NCBI GenBank assembly: GCA_963703285.1
Contig: OY969807.1
Location: 2,176,001 to 2,240,000, forward strand
Source of the DNA: an uncultured Nitrososphaerota archaeon
GTDB lineage: Archaea; Thermoproteota; Nitrososphaeria; Nitrososphaerales; Gagatemarchaeaceae
Reading direction: 5' to 3'
Length of the DNA: 64,000 nucleotides
A model generated the notes under the pieces. That model had not been told where the DNA came from, made no database searches, and was given only the letters and a program-made list of their open reading frames with translations. The position numbers and the translations under genes are program-made. Positions 50,664 to 60,988 of this stretch are shown here, in pieces (position 1 is the first letter of the stretch; each line of letters opens with the position of its first letter).

Positions 50664-51839
50664 GTGGCTGCTTTGAGGCAGGTCGCCATCGTAGGGTTAG
50701 GGCACTCGAAGTTCGGCAGGAGGACCGATGTGAACCTCGGGGAGCTCGCGTTCGAGTCGATCAAACAGGCCGTGCAGGACGCCGGCATAGAGAAGAAGCA
50801 GATAGAGAACGTGACTGTCGGGAGCGCGGGAGGATGGTACGAGGAGTCCCTCCCGGCGGTGATAGTCAACGAGTACGCAGGTTTCGACAAGGTCGGCACC
50901 ATGAGGGTCGAGGCCGCGTGCGCCAGCGGTAGCGCGGCGGTCCGCTCCGCCTACCTAAGCATAGCGAGCGGAGAGTCTGAGGTCGCCTTGGCGGTGGGTC
51001 TCGAGAAGATGACCGAGGTCGACACGCTCACCTCCGTCGAGCTCATGGGGAGGGCCGGCTCATACCTCTGGGAGTTCGAGAACTTCGGGATGACCTTCCC
51101 GGCATACTATGCCCTCTACGCCGTCGCCCACATGAAGCGCTTCGGGACCACCGAGGAGGACATGGCTAGGGTCGCCGTCAAGGCCCACCACTACGCGTCG
51201 ATGAACCCGCTCGCCCAGTTCCAGAAGGAGGTGTCGCTCGAGAAGGTGCTCGCCTCCCAGGTGGTGTCGTGGCCGCTCAAGCTCTATGACGCCTGCCCGA
51301 TAACAGACGGTTCGGCCTCCGTCGTCCTCGCGAGCGAGGACGTGGCCCGGAAGCTCACCGATACGCCGATCTGGATCAGGGGCATGGGCGTCTCCTCGGA
51401 TTCGGCGAACCTCAGCAAGAGGGACGACTACGTCGGGCTCGCCGCGACTGTCGACGCGTCGAAGAAAGCCTACTCCAGAGCCGGGATCGGCCCCGGAGAC
51501 CTCGACGTCGCGACGTGCCACGACTGCTTCACGATTGCAGAGATAATGGCCTACGAGGACCTCGGGTTCTGCGCCAAGGGGGACGGTCCGAAGCTCATCA
51601 GGGACGGCGAGACGGAGATCGGGGGGCGGATACCCGTGAACATGGACGGCGGGCTGAAGGCCAAGGGGCATCCCGTCGGAGCGACCGGGGTCTCGATGAT
51701 GGTGGAGATATCGAAGCAACTCAGGGGCGGCGCCGGAAAGCATCAGGTCCCGATCAGGAAGGGGAACGGGCTGGTCCACAACGTGGGGGGAACCGGGCAC
51801 TACTGCTACGTGACGGTGCTATCGAGGGACCAGCGATGA
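50664..51839 (+). CDS. Thiolase (archaeal/SCP-x type)
   Basis: VEAACASG, HDCFT, GGLKAKGHPVGATG. Confidence 0.94.
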   Translation: MAALRQVAIVGLGHSKFGRRTDVNLGELAFESIKQAVQDAGIEKKQIENVTVGSAGGWYEESLPAVIVNEYAGFDKVGTMRVEAACASGSAAVRSAYLSIASGESEVALAVGLEKMTEVDTLTSVELMGRAGSYLWEFENFGMTFPAYYALYAVAHMKRFGTTEEDMARVAVKAHHYASMNPLAQFQKEVSLEKVLASQVVSWPLKLYDACPITDGSASVVLASEDVARKLTDTPIWIRGMGVSSDSANLSKRDDYVGLAATVDASKKAYSRAGIGPGDLDVATCHDCFTIAEIMAYEDLGFCAKGDGPKLIRDGETEIGGRIPVNMDGGLKAKGHPVGATGVSMMVEISKQLRGGAGKHQVPIRKGNGLVHNVGGTGHYCYVTVLSRDQR

Positions 51840-52276
51840 CCGACTCGGAACCGCCGACGCTGCACTCGCGCCGGTCGCTCAACCTCCGCTTCAACGTGCC
51901 CATCTCCAGGACGAACCGGTTCTGGGTCTCCCTGAGCGAGGGCAGGTTCGTCACGACCAAGTGCAGAGACTGCGGAGAGGTCAGCTTTCCTCCCCAGTCC
52001 GACTGCCCGAGGTGCATGGGCGGCAACGTCGACTGGGTGGACCTGGGCACGGATGCCGAGCTGGTCACCTTCACGTACGTGCAGGTGACGCCAACGAGCT
52101 TCGTCGACCACGACCCCTACGTCGTGGGCATAGGCCGGCTGCCCCAGGGGGTGAAGGTCCTCGCGTGGATCGAGGGCGCGCCCCTCGAGAGGCTCAGTCC
52201 CGGCATGAAGCTGAGGCTGGAGGCCAGGAGGACGGGTGACGGCTCTCCGTACTACGTCTTCGTCCCGGCGGTCTAG
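51836..52276 (+). CDS. DUF35 Zn-ribbon/OB-fold thiolase partner
   Basis: CRDCG..FPPQSDCPRC plus OB fold; overlaps thiolase stop. Confidence 0.9.
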   Translation: MTDSEPPTLHSRRSLNLRFNVPISRTNRFWVSLSEGRFVTTKCRDCGEVSFPPQSDCPRCMGGNVDWVDLGTDAELVTFTYVQVTPTSFVDHDPYVVGIGRLPQGVKVLAWIEGAPLERLSPGMKLRLEARRTGDGSPYYVFVPAV

Positions 52277-52650
52277 AACTCGACCGGGGTGGCTCGGATT
52301 ACCTCTGCTATCCTCGTGAACCTGTCCTTGTAGAACAGGATCTTGGTTATCGAACCCCTGAACTTCAGCTGTCCCTTGAGGACCGCCGACTGCAGGTCGA
52401 CCTCCCCCCGAGCAACCTTCGTCCAGACATCGTAGGGTCCCTCGAAAGAGAACTCGACCGTCACGCCAGGGTCTGCCCTTGCGATGGTCGTCGCGCCTCC
52501 CTCGACCCTGATCAGGAAGAGCGCGTTCTGGTCGGGCGCACCCAGGAGGATCGTCGTCTTGATGTCCTTGGTGTCGGCCTGCCACTTGGGGTCCGCCGCG
52601 AGCCTCTGCTCGACTTCCTTGAAGAACTCCTCCGTGAAGTACTTTACCAT
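52273..52650 (-). CDS. SCP2 sterol/lipid-binding domain protein
   Basis: EGPYDVWTKVARGEVD..AVLKGQLKFRG. Confidence 0.85.
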   Translation of the reverse strand: MVKYFTEEFFKEVEQRLAADPKWQADTKDIKTTILLGAPDQNALFLIRVEGGATTIARADPGVTVEFSFEGPYDVWTKVARGEVDLQSAVLKGQLKFRGSITKILFYKDRFTRIAEVIRATPVEF

Positions 52651-52664
52651 CCTGGCGCCGCCCA

Positions 52665-52943
52665 TCATCCAGCTAGTCTTTTGAGCTTGCCTATTGAGCC
52701 CGAGACCCTCCTCGTCACCAGCTCGACTCCTCCGGCCTTCATTGCGAGGGACTCCTTCATCTCGGGCAGCCGCAGGTGATCCGTCCTGACTATCAGGCTT
52801 CCGTTCACCCAGACGACCCTGTTCTTGCCAAGGTCTGGGTACCTCTGGAAGATCAGCCTGGTGATCTCCTTCTGGGACTCCGGGTCCACCGGCCGGTCCC
52901 CCGAGAGCAGCAGGTACCTCTTCCTACCGCGGCTGGCGGTCAT
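52665..52943 (-). CDS. Rpp14/Pop5 family (RNase P protein 2-like)
   Basis: RKRYLL, LIVRTDH, VSGSIGKLK. Confidence 0.7.
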   Translation of the reverse strand: MTASRGRKRYLLLSGDRPVDPESQKEITRLIFQRYPDLGKNRVVWVNGSLIVRTDHLRLPEMKESLAMKAGGVELVTRRVSGSIGKLKRLAG

Positions 52944-53380
52944 GGCTGGGCACTCCCGATGATCCTCTCGTAGAAGTCCGCCGGCGGTCCCTTCATCATG
53001 AAGCTCCGTGGCTTGACACGCACCCTCACCGGGTCGCTCGACGAGAACGATGCGACGCCGGTCACCAGCGTCTGCTTGTTGAGCCTGATGTAGAGAGCGC
53101 CGTGTTCGTCGATGCATGCCCCGAGCTCCCTTTCGAGTTCCCTTCTCCCGTCCCTCCCCAGGAGGGAGATGAGGGCCTGGAAGGACGTCCACGCCTCCTC
53201 CCCCGTCACGCGCCACCTGAGGCTCGCCATCCTGTTCCCGAAGTGCCCCTCGAGGACCTCCTCCTCCGGTTGCTGCTCGATGCGAAGGGCGCGCATGATG
53301 GAGTCGCTGAGCTTGGTCTCATCCTCGGTCGCCTGCACAAAGCAGGAGACCTCCAGGGACTGTATCTCTCGCTGCGCCAC
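52940..53380 (-). CDS. DUF54-family RNA-binding protein
   Basis: QATEDE.K, EGHFGN, LYIRLNKQ. Confidence 0.8.
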   Translation of the reverse strand: MAQREIQSLEVSCFVQATEDETKLSDSIMRALRIEQQPEEEVLEGHFGNRMASLRWRVTGEEAWTSFQALISLLGRDGRRELERELGACIDEHGALYIRLNKQTLVTGVASFSSSDPVRVRVKPRSFMMKGPPADFYERIIGSAQP

Positions 53381-53460
53381 CCCGCTCTCGAACTCGCGGC
53401 CGGCAGCTCCGTTGATAACTTTATCAGCCCTCGGCCTTCGCGGGACCGAAGGAAAGTGTC

Positions 53461-54465
53461 GTGAGGGGCAATCTCTGCGTCTTGGGGATCGAGAGCACCG
53501 CCCACACCTTCTCGGCCTCGGTCGCGACCGAGGGGGAGGGTCTCCTCAGCGACGTGAAGGACGTCTACGTCCCTCCCGAGGGCAGCGGGATCCACCCGAC
53601 CGAGGCGGCAAAGCATCATGCGGCCGTCGGAGCGAGGGTCATCGGGGACGCAATCGCCGCCTCCGGGGTGAAGGCGGGGAGGATAGACGCCGTGGCCTAC
53701 TCCATGGGTCCCGGTCTGGGTCCCTGCCTCAGGGTGGGCGCGGTCTCGGCGCGGGCCATGGCCCTGGCACTGGGGAAGCCCCTTGTGCCGGTCAACCACG
53801 CCGTTGGTCACATCGAGCTCGGCTGCATGCTCACGGGCGCCAAATCGCCTCTGGTCCTCCTGATATCCGGCGGCCATACCATGGTCCTCTCGTGCTCGTC
53901 CGGCATGTGGCGGGTGCTGGGCGAAACGCTGGATCTCACCCTCGGACAGCTGCTCGACCAGCTCGGAAGGCACTTCGGCTACTCCTCGCCCTGCGGGAGG
54001 CGGATAGAGGAGGCAGCCTCTCGCTCTAGCAGATACGTCAGGCTTCCCTACACGGTCAAGGGGAACGACGTCTCGTTCTCGGGGCTGCTCACGGCAGCGA
54101 AGAGGCTCGTCGATGGAGGGGTCCCGTTCGAGGACGTCTGCTTCTCGGTCCAGGAGAGCGCCTTCGCCACCACAGTCGAGGTGACAGAGAGGGCGCTCGC
54201 CTTCACAGGCTGCGAGGAGGTCATGGTCGTTGGCGGGGTTGCCGCGAACAGGAGGCTCGCCGAGATGCTCGACATCATGGTTCGAAGGCACTCCGCCCGG
54301 CTGAGGGTTGTTCCCCTGCGCTACAGCGGCGACTGCGGTGCGCAGATCGCTTGGACGGGGCTGCTCGCCTTTCGATCGGGGACGACCGTGCCCCTCGAGA
54401 AGAGCATAATCAGGCAGTCCTGGCGGCTCGACACCGTCCCCCTCCCCTGGAGGTCTGACCCGTGA
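53461..54465 (+). CDS. kae1: KEOPS t6A threonylcarbamoyltransferase Kae1
   Basis: GIESTAHT, GPGL, NHAVGHIE, SGGHT, GGVAAN. Confidence 0.95.
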   Translation: MRGNLCVLGIESTAHTFSASVATEGEGLLSDVKDVYVPPEGSGIHPTEAAKHHAAVGARVIGDAIAASGVKAGRIDAVAYSMGPGLGPCLRVGAVSARAMALALGKPLVPVNHAVGHIELGCMLTGAKSPLVLLISGGHTMVLSCSSGMWRVLGETLDLTLGQLLDQLGRHFGYSSPCGRRIEEAASRSSRYVRLPYTVKGNDVSFSGLLTAAKRLVDGGVPFEDVCFSVQESAFATTVEVTERALAFTGCEEVMVVGGVAANRRLAEMLDIMVRRHSARLRVVPLRYSGDCGAQIAWTGLLAFRSGTTVPLEKSIIRQSWRLDTVPLPWRSDP

Positions 54466-55088
54466 GGCTCGTCTACAGGGGCGCGGAGGCCGACATCTAC
54501 TCGGGAGAGTGGACCGGACAGGGGGCCATCTTCAAGTTCAGAAAGCCGCTCCCCTACAGGCATCCCGAGCTCGACGCGGAGATCCGCGCGCAGCGCACGG
54601 TCCGGGAGGCCCAGATGATCGGCGACGCCAAGCGCGCCGGGGTGCGGGCGCCGTACCTCTTCTATGTCTCCCAAGAGGAGTCCCTGATCGTGATGCAGGA
54701 GATACAGGGCCCCAGGCTCAAGTCGGTTCTGGCGTCGGGGCGTGATGGGGAAGAGGTATCGACCGAGTTCGGCGTCGCTGTGGGGAGGCTCCACCGCGGA
54801 GGGATAATGCACGGCGACCTCACCACCTCGAACGTGCTCGTGAACCAATCGGGGGTGCACCTGATCGACTTCGGGCTGTCGGTTCATTCGTCGAGCGTGG
54901 AGGATCACGCCGTTGACCTGAGGCTCATCAAGGAGACGCTCGTCGGCGCCCACTCCGAGATAGCCTCCGCGGTCCTGGGTTCCTTCATGCGCGGCTACGC
55001 GAGCGAGGTCGGGGTCCCCAGGGCGAGGACGGTCGGAAAGAAGCTGGTCGAGATCGAGAGGAGGGGGAGGTATGCGAGGGTCGAGTAG
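54462..55088 (+). CDS. bud32: KEOPS kinase Bud32
   Basis: GAEA, HGDLTTSN, IDFGL, RGRY. Confidence 0.95.
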   Translation: MRLVYRGAEADIYSGEWTGQGAIFKFRKPLPYRHPELDAEIRAQRTVREAQMIGDAKRAGVRAPYLFYVSQEESLIVMQEIQGPRLKSVLASGRDGEEVSTEFGVAVGRLHRGGIMHGDLTTSNVLVNQSGVHLIDFGLSVHSSSVEDHAVDLRLIKETLVGAHSEIASAVLGSFMRGYASEVGVPRARTVGKKLVEIERRGRYARVE

Positions 55089-55650
55089 GTCGGTCACGTT
55101 CGCGACCTCCAACGCGGGCAAGGTCCGCGAGGCGCGCGCCGTCCTCTCTCCCCTCGGTATCGAGGTGGTTGCCTTCGACGGCAAGGGCGAGGAGATACAG
55201 TCGGATACGGTCTCCGAGGTCGCGGCCTACTCCGCGCGTGCGGCCTCACGGAGGTACGGCCGCCCGCTCTTTGTGGAGGACGCGGGCCTCTTCGTCGAGG
55301 CCCTCGGAGGCTTCCCCGGACCGTCGTCCTCCTACGTCTTCCGGACGATCGGCATCCGGGGGCTGCTCTCGCTCCTCGAGGACCGCAGTTCGAGGCGCGC
55401 GTGCTTCAGGAGCGCGGTCGCATACTGCGACCCAGCGAGAGAGCCCCGGGTCTTCGAGGGGATGGTCAGGGGCGGGATCCTGAGGTCCCCCGTCGGAGCC
55501 AACGGCTTTGGGTTCGACCCCGTCTTCGTCCCCTCCCGCGCCCGAAGGTCCTTCGGAGAGCTCACCCTCGAGGAGAAGTGCGCAGTCTCACACAGGGGGG
55601 AGTCGCTCAGGAGGTTCGCCGCGTGGTACTCGGCCCGCCGGCCTGGGTAA
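55072..55650 (+). CDS. rdgB: Non-canonical purine NTP pyrophosphatase (RdgB/HAM1)
   Basis: ATSNAGK, EDAGL, GFGFDPVF, SHRG. Confidence 0.93.
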   Translation: MRGSSRSVTFATSNAGKVREARAVLSPLGIEVVAFDGKGEEIQSDTVSEVAAYSARAASRRYGRPLFVEDAGLFVEALGGFPGPSSSYVFRTIGIRGLLSLLEDRSSRRACFRSAVAYCDPAREPRVFEGMVRGGILRSPVGANGFGFDPVFVPSRARRSFGELTLEEKCAVSHRGESLRRFAAWYSARRPG

Positions 55651-55693
55651 CGGTTTTAAACAGGCCGCGCTCGGAGTCGCTTCGGTTTTAGAA

Positions 55694-56143
55694 TTGGCGA
55701 GGATACATTCCCATCGGCATGGGAAGAGCCACCAGACCAGGCCGACGAGCAAGAGGCCCCCGAGCTGGCTCACCTACAGCCCCGATGAGGTAAGCTCCAT
55801 GACGATAAAGATGGGCAAGGAGGGGCTTACGCCCAGTCAGATAGGTGTGAGGCTGAGGGACGAATACGGCATTCCCCTCGTGAAGCCGATAATCGGCAAG
55901 TCGATCTCTACGCTTCTGAGGGAGAACAAGCTCGCGCCCGCGATCCCCGAGGACCTCCAGAACCTCCTCGAGAGGGCCAAGCGCGTCCAGCTACACCTCT
56001 CCACCTTCAAGTCGGACAGGAGGAACGTCCGCTCGCTGGAGCTGATAGAGGCCAAGATCTACAGACTCTCGAAGCACTACAAGAAGGTGGGGCTCCTGCC
56101 GAGCGACTTCAAGTACGCGGCCGTTGTAGCTCAGCTGACATAG
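55694..56143 (+). CDS. rps15: 30S ribosomal protein S15 (uS15/S13e)
   Basis: (M)ARIHSHRHGKS, SQIGVRLRDEYGIP, IPEDL; TTG start. Confidence 0.95.
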   Translation: MARIHSHRHGKSHQTRPTSKRPPSWLTYSPDEVSSMTIKMGKEGLTPSQIGVRLRDEYGIPLVKPIIGKSISTLLRENKLAPAIPEDLQNLLERAKRVQLHLSTFKSDRRNVRSLELIEAKIYRLSKHYKKVGLLPSDFKYAAVVAQLT

Positions 56144-56162
56144 GCCAGGTCCGGCATCGGGC

Positions 56163-57569
56163 ATGCCCGACCTTGAAGCTCTTAGGGAAAGGATGTCGGA
56201 GGCGTCTCGGCTCCTCATCGGTCTGTCCAAGCAGAGAAAGCGGATAGTCGTCGTGACCCACATCGACGCCGACGGCCTTTCGGCCGGGGCAGTCGCCTTC
56301 GACGCACTCGCGAGGACGGGCGCTATCGCCTCGGTCAGGGCTATCCCCGACCTCGACCCCCGGGCGATTGGCGAACTCAAGGACGCAGGGTTCGACTTCT
56401 ACCTCTTCACGGACCTGGGGTCCGGGCTGGTCGACCAGCTGTCGCAAGCGCTTGGCGACGACTTCCTGATCGTCGATCACCACCAGATGCCACCCGAATA
56501 CTACCGTCACCCCAACGTCGTGAACGCATGGGCCTACGGGTACGACGGCGGGACCGAAGCTAGCTCCTCGACGATGGCGTACATGCTCGCGCTCTCCATC
56601 GACGAGAAGAACACGGACCTCTCGACCAACGCGGTCATCGGCGCGGTGGGGGACAGGCAGGACAGGGGGCCTGGGCGCTCTCTCACGGGTCTCAACAGGA
56701 AGGCCCTGGAGGACGGCGTGAAGGACGGTCTGATAGGCGTCTCCAAGGACTTCCTCTTCCACGGACGGGAGACGAGGCCTATCCACGAGGCGATCGCCCT
56801 CACCTACACACCATACCTCAACGGTCTCTCCGGCGCCAAGGACGCGTGCCTCGCGGTCCTCTCCAACTCGGGGTTCGCCCTCAAGGAGCACGGGCGCTGG
56901 CGCAACCTCTCCGAGCTCTCCGCCGAGGAGAAGCAGAAGCTGCTGGAGGTCCTGACGAGCTTCGTTGGGTCCGGCGCCGGCGGTTCGGCCGTCATCTCCG
57001 AGATAATAGGCGAGATCTACCTCCTTCGGGAAGAGGACCCCCTGACACCCCTGCGCGACGCGCGCGAGTTCGCCACCCTGATGAACGCGTGCGGCAGGAT
57101 GGACGCCACAGGCGTCGGGATTGCCATCGGGCTTGGCGACAGGGACGGGGCCCTCTCCGAAGCGCTGAGGCTTGTCGTCGAATACCGCGTGAAGATCAAC
57201 AAGGCCCTCCAGATGCTGCAGACGTCGAACGAGATGGTCTCCACGCACGGCCACGTCGCCGTCGTCAGGGGCGACGAGTTCATAGAGGAGCGGATGACCG
57301 GCTCGATATCCTCGCTCCTGGCTTCATCTGAGAAGTACAAGGACAAGATGGTCCTCGCGTGCGCCAGGTCCGGCGAGCTCGAACTCAAGTACTCCTCGAG
57401 GCTCGGAGACTCGTTCCCGAAGGACGTCAACCTCGGCGTCATAATGAAGGAGGCCGCGGAGCTCGTCGGCGGTGTCGGGGGCGGCCACAGCAGGGCCGCG
57501 GGGGCGAAAATCCTGATAACGAGGAGAGACGAGTTCACGAGCGCCGTCCTGGAGAGGTTCTCGGAGTGA
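56163..57569 (+). CDS. RecJ-like DHH phosphoesterase
   Basis: HIDADG, TDLG, DHH, NACGR, GGGH..AAG. Confidence 0.92.
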   Translation: MPDLEALRERMSEASRLLIGLSKQRKRIVVVTHIDADGLSAGAVAFDALARTGAIASVRAIPDLDPRAIGELKDAGFDFYLFTDLGSGLVDQLSQALGDDFLIVDHHQMPPEYYRHPNVVNAWAYGYDGGTEASSSTMAYMLALSIDEKNTDLSTNAVIGAVGDRQDRGPGRSLTGLNRKALEDGVKDGLIGVSKDFLFHGRETRPIHEAIALTYTPYLNGLSGAKDACLAVLSNSGFALKEHGRWRNLSELSAEEKQKLLEVLTSFVGSGAGGSAVISEIIGEIYLLREEDPLTPLRDAREFATLMNACGRMDATGVGIAIGLGDRDGALSEALRLVVEYRVKINKALQMLQTSNEMVSTHGHVAVVRGDEFIEERMTGSISSLLASSEKYKDKMVLACARSGELELKYSSRLGDSFPKDVNLGVIMKEAAELVGGVGGGHSRAAGAKILITRRDEFTSAVLERFSE

Positions 57570-57808
57570 CCCTCACCATCGAGATCCTCTTCGAGTGCTA
57601 CGGGGAGAGGGAGGCCGCCGCGCTCGAGGCCGCCCTGGGCCCCGACAACCACCCCCTCCCGAGGCAGCAGCGCTTCTCCTCGAACCGCAAGGGGAGGCTC
57701 CTAGCCTTCCGGATTCGCTCCGTCCGACACGCGACCTGCGTCTCCTCGGCCATCAGCCTGCTCTCTGACGCAAGGCTCTTTGGGGAGGTCTGGTCGCTAG
57801 CGTCATGA
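57566..57808 (+). CDS. pcc1: KEOPS subunit Pcc1
   Basis: ALGPDN motif; small; in rps15-recJ-pcc1-serS-rps3ae context. Confidence 0.7.
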   Translation: MTLTIEILFECYGEREAAALEAALGPDNHPLPRQQRFSSNRKGRLLAFRIRSVRHATCVSSAISLLSDARLFGEVWSLAS

Positions 57809-57841
57809 TTATCTCCCGGGGCGAGGCGGGGTGGGCGTAAG

Positions 57842-59116
57842 ATGCTCGACGTGAAACTGCTCCGGGAGTCTCCTGAAGTGATCAGGCACGACCTCCGCAA
57901 GAGGGGGTGGGACGACCGTCTTCCTCTGGTGGACGAAGCCATCGCGCTGGACAGCAGGTGGCGCCAACTGAAGAAGCAGGCCGACGACTCCAGGCACAAG
58001 CAGAACCAGCTCACGGCCGAGATAGCGGCTCTGAAGCGTACCGGCGGGGATTCCACCGCCAAGCTCGAGGAGGTGAAGGGGATACCGCAGAACATCAAGG
58101 AACTCGAGGCGAGCGCTGACACAGCCCAGAAGCGGGTTACCGAGATCCTCATGGCGCTGCCGAACATCTTGGACGAGTCGGTCCCCATCGGCCCAGATGA
58201 CAGCGGCAACGTCACGATTCGCACCTTCGGTGCCCCGAGGTCGGCCGAGTTCCCGCTCCGCGACCACATAGACGTCATGACCGGCCTCGGGCTCGTCGAC
58301 ATGGAGAGGGCGGCCAAGGTCGCGGGTGCCCGCTTCTACTTCCTCAAGGGCGACGCACTGCTCCTGGAGCAGTCGATAATGAGGTTCGCCATCGATTTGC
58401 TCGTGAAGAGGGGGTTCACCCCGGTCGGACCTCCCCTGATGCTGAAGAGGGAGGCGTACCAGGGGGTCGTCGACCTCAACGACTTCGGGCCGGTCATCTA
58501 CAAGGTCGAGGGAGAGGACCTCTACCTGATTGCGACCTCGGAGCACCCCCTCGTCTCGATGCACATGGACGAGATTCTCGACGGCCGCACCCTGCCCCTG
58601 AAATACTGCGGGTTCAGCCCGAACTTCAGGGTCGAGGCGGGCGCACACGGCAAGGACACCAAGGGGATCTTCAGGACGCACCAATTCTACAAGGTCGAGC
58701 AGGTGGTCTTCTCGCGCCCCGAGGAGAGCTGGGCCATCCACGAGCAGCTCATCGCCAACGCCGAGGCCATCTTCCAGAGCCTGGGCCTCCACTATCGCGT
58801 CGTGAACGTCTGCACCGGAGACATGGGGACCGTGGCGGCGAAGAAGTACGACCTCGAAGCCTGGATGCCGGCGCAGGGCAAGTTCAGGGAGATGGTCTCC
58901 TGCAGCAACGTCACGGACTACCAGGCGAGGAGGCTCATGATCCGCTACAGGGAGAAGCCATCGGCCGACCCACGGCTGGTCCACATCCTGAACTCGACCG
59001 CCGTCGCAACGAGGGCGCTCGTGGCAGTCGTGGAGAACTTCCAGCAGGCCGACGGCTCAATCCTAATCCCGGGACCGCTCGTCCCGTACATGGGCGGGAA
59101 GGAAAGGATCGCCTAG
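57842..59116 (+). CDS. serS: Seryl-tRNA synthetase
   Basis: MLDVK, LIATSE, FRVEAG, KKYDLE, SCSN. Confidence 0.97.
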   Translation: MLDVKLLRESPEVIRHDLRKRGWDDRLPLVDEAIALDSRWRQLKKQADDSRHKQNQLTAEIAALKRTGGDSTAKLEEVKGIPQNIKELEASADTAQKRVTEILMALPNILDESVPIGPDDSGNVTIRTFGAPRSAEFPLRDHIDVMTGLGLVDMERAAKVAGARFYFLKGDALLLEQSIMRFAIDLLVKRGFTPVGPPLMLKREAYQGVVDLNDFGPVIYKVEGEDLYLIATSEHPLVSMHMDEILDGRTLPLKYCGFSPNFRVEAGAHGKDTKGIFRTHQFYKVEQVVFSRPEESWAIHEQLIANAEAIFQSLGLHYRVVNVCTGDMGTVAAKKYDLEAWMPAQGKFREMVSCSNVTDYQARRLMIRYREKPSADPRLVHILNSTAVATRALVAVVENFQQADGSILIPGPLVPYMGGKERIA

Positions 59117-59164
59117 GGGACTGCTGAGTTTTTAAGCCGGGAAAATCGGGGGGCGTTTCCTAGC

Positions 59165-59803
59165 TTGGTAAAGAAGGGAACGGGCAAGGTAAAGGACAAG
59201 TGGAAGGCGAAGCAGTGGGTCACCGTGCTCGCTTCCCCTTCGTTCGGCAACGCACCCATCGGGAGGGTCCCCCTCACCGACGTGGCGACCCCGGGAGGGC
59301 GCGTCGTCGAGACGACCCTCTATGACATACTCAAGCAGGATCCCCAGCACTACAGCTTCAAGCTCTACTTCCAGATCGACAGGGTCGAGGGCGATACGGC
59401 CTACACCGTCCTGAAGGGCCACGAGTACTCCAGGGAGTACCTGAGGTCCCTCATGAGGAGGGGCTCGTCCATGTCCGACTTCATCAAGGACTACACGACC
59501 AAGGACGGGTACGTGGTCCGAGTCTACTGCATCGCGCTCTCACAGGGGAGGATGAACTCCTCGAAGAAGCACGGGATCAGGGCCGTCATGGACAGGATCA
59601 TAGCGGAGCGGGCGGCCTCGCTGACCTACGACCAGTTCGTCCAGGAGACGGTCCTACAGAAGGTGGCGTCCGACGTCTACAACGAGGCGAAGAAGGTGAC
59701 CAGGCTGAGGCACGTCGGCGTCCGAAAGACAAAGCTCGTGAGCAGGCCCGCGACCCCGCCTGCCGCCCCAGCGCCCGAAGTCCTAGCCGCGCCTGCTGCT
59801 TGA
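59165..59803 (+). CDS. rps3ae: 30S ribosomal protein S3Ae (eS1)
   Basis: KDKWKAKQW, GRVVETTL, EYLRSLMRRGSS. Confidence 0.95.
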   Translation: MVKKGTGKVKDKWKAKQWVTVLASPSFGNAPIGRVPLTDVATPGGRVVETTLYDILKQDPQHYSFKLYFQIDRVEGDTAYTVLKGHEYSREYLRSLMRRGSSMSDFIKDYTTKDGYVVRVYCIALSQGRMNSSKKHGIRAVMDRIIAERAASLTYDQFVQETVLQKVASDVYNEAKKVTRLRHVGVRKTKLVSRPATPPAAPAPEVLAAPAA

Positions 59804-60988
59804 GACTATCTTCAGTATGTCCCCGTTCTTGAGGACGTAGTCCCCGGAGACCCTCATCCCGCTCCTGGCGTCGATGGCGTAGAGGAACCCCTTTGCGAGG
59901 TCGGTGTGGATCTTCCTCGCGAGGTCCATGGCGGTCGACCCGCCGCTCATCACGTATGCGTCGGGGAGCACGTTTCCGTTCTTGTCGGAGAGCTTCGTCT
60001 CGTCCTCGACTGGGTACGCCACGACGGCCCGAAGGAGCCCGAAGTACGCCAAATCTATCGCCTGCTGGACCCCGGTGCCGCCGTAGGACTCGAGCACCCT
60101 CTCCTTCACGAGCTGGAGCGCCCTCGCCTGCTGTGGGGTGAGGTCGGGCCTGATGACCTCGAACGAACCGTCTCCGGGGACGTAGCTGATGAGCCCGTGC
60201 TCCGAGGCCCTCCTCAGCATGAGCTCGGCCTCTGCAGCGCAAGGGATCACCGTCTTCCCCGTCTTGCGGAGCTCCTCCATCCTGCCTGCGGCGGCCGGGA
60301 GGTCCGCCTTGTTGGCTGCTATCAGGCTCGGTTTGTTGGTCTCCCTGAGGTGCTTCACCAGGGCCATCAACTCCTCCTCCTTCCATGTCGTCGGCTTGTC
60401 TGGTCTGAGCTTGAGGTGGAGGAGGGCCTGCTCGATGCCCTCCTCATCAAGACCGAGCCCCGAGAGCCTCTGTGCCAGGTGCGCCACGATGCTGGAGCCT
60501 GTCTGCTCCGCCAGGCGCGCCGACTTCTCCCAGTCCTTGGCTATTATCCCCAGGACCCAGAGGTCCAGTTCGTTCTCCACCATCCCGACGTCCGCGACCG
60601 GGTCGTGGCTTCCCGTCTCGACCTTTCGCCCCTCCTCGTCGGTCCCTCCCGAGGCGTCGACGACGTGGATGAGGGCGTCCGCCTGCCTCAGCTCGTCCAG
60701 GAACTGGTTCCCCCTGCCCCTTCCTAGCGAGGCTCCCGCGACGAGGCCCGCGACGTCGACCAGCTTCACGGGTACGAGCCGGACCCCGTCGTTGCAGACC
60801 GAGTTCTTGGGTGCGTCGGTGACTCCCATCTCCTTGCAGACGCACTTCGTCCTGAGGTATCCCATGCCGACGTTCGGATTGATCGTGGTAAACGGGTAGT
60901 CGGCGATCGGGACGTTCTTGAGGGTGGCCGCCGAGAAGAAGGTCGACTTGCCCACGTTGGGTTTGCCCACTATTCCGACTAGCAACAC
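59783..60988 (-). CDS. ychF: YchF/Obg-family ATPase/GTPase with TGS domain
   Basis: GKPNVGKST, YPFTT, DVAGL, NKAD, IHTDL. Confidence 0.93.
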   Translation of the reverse strand: MLLVGIVGKPNVGKSTFFSAATLKNVPIADYPFTTINPNVGMGYLRTKCVCKEMGVTDAPKNSVCNDGVRLVPVKLVDVAGLVAGASLGRGRGNQFLDELRQADALIHVVDASGGTDEEGRKVETGSHDPVADVGMVENELDLWVLGIIAKDWEKSARLAEQTGSSIVAHLAQRLSGLGLDEEGIEQALLHLKLRPDKPTTWKEEELMALVKHLRETNKPSLIAANKADLPAAAGRMEELRKTGKTVIPCAAEAELMLRRASEHGLISYVPGDGSFEVIRPDLTPQQARALQLVKERVLESYGGTGVQQAIDLAYFGLLRAVVAYPVEDETKLSDKNGNVLPDAYVMSGGSTAMDLARKIHTDLAKGFLYAIDARSGMRVSGDYVLKNGDILKIVSSSRRG

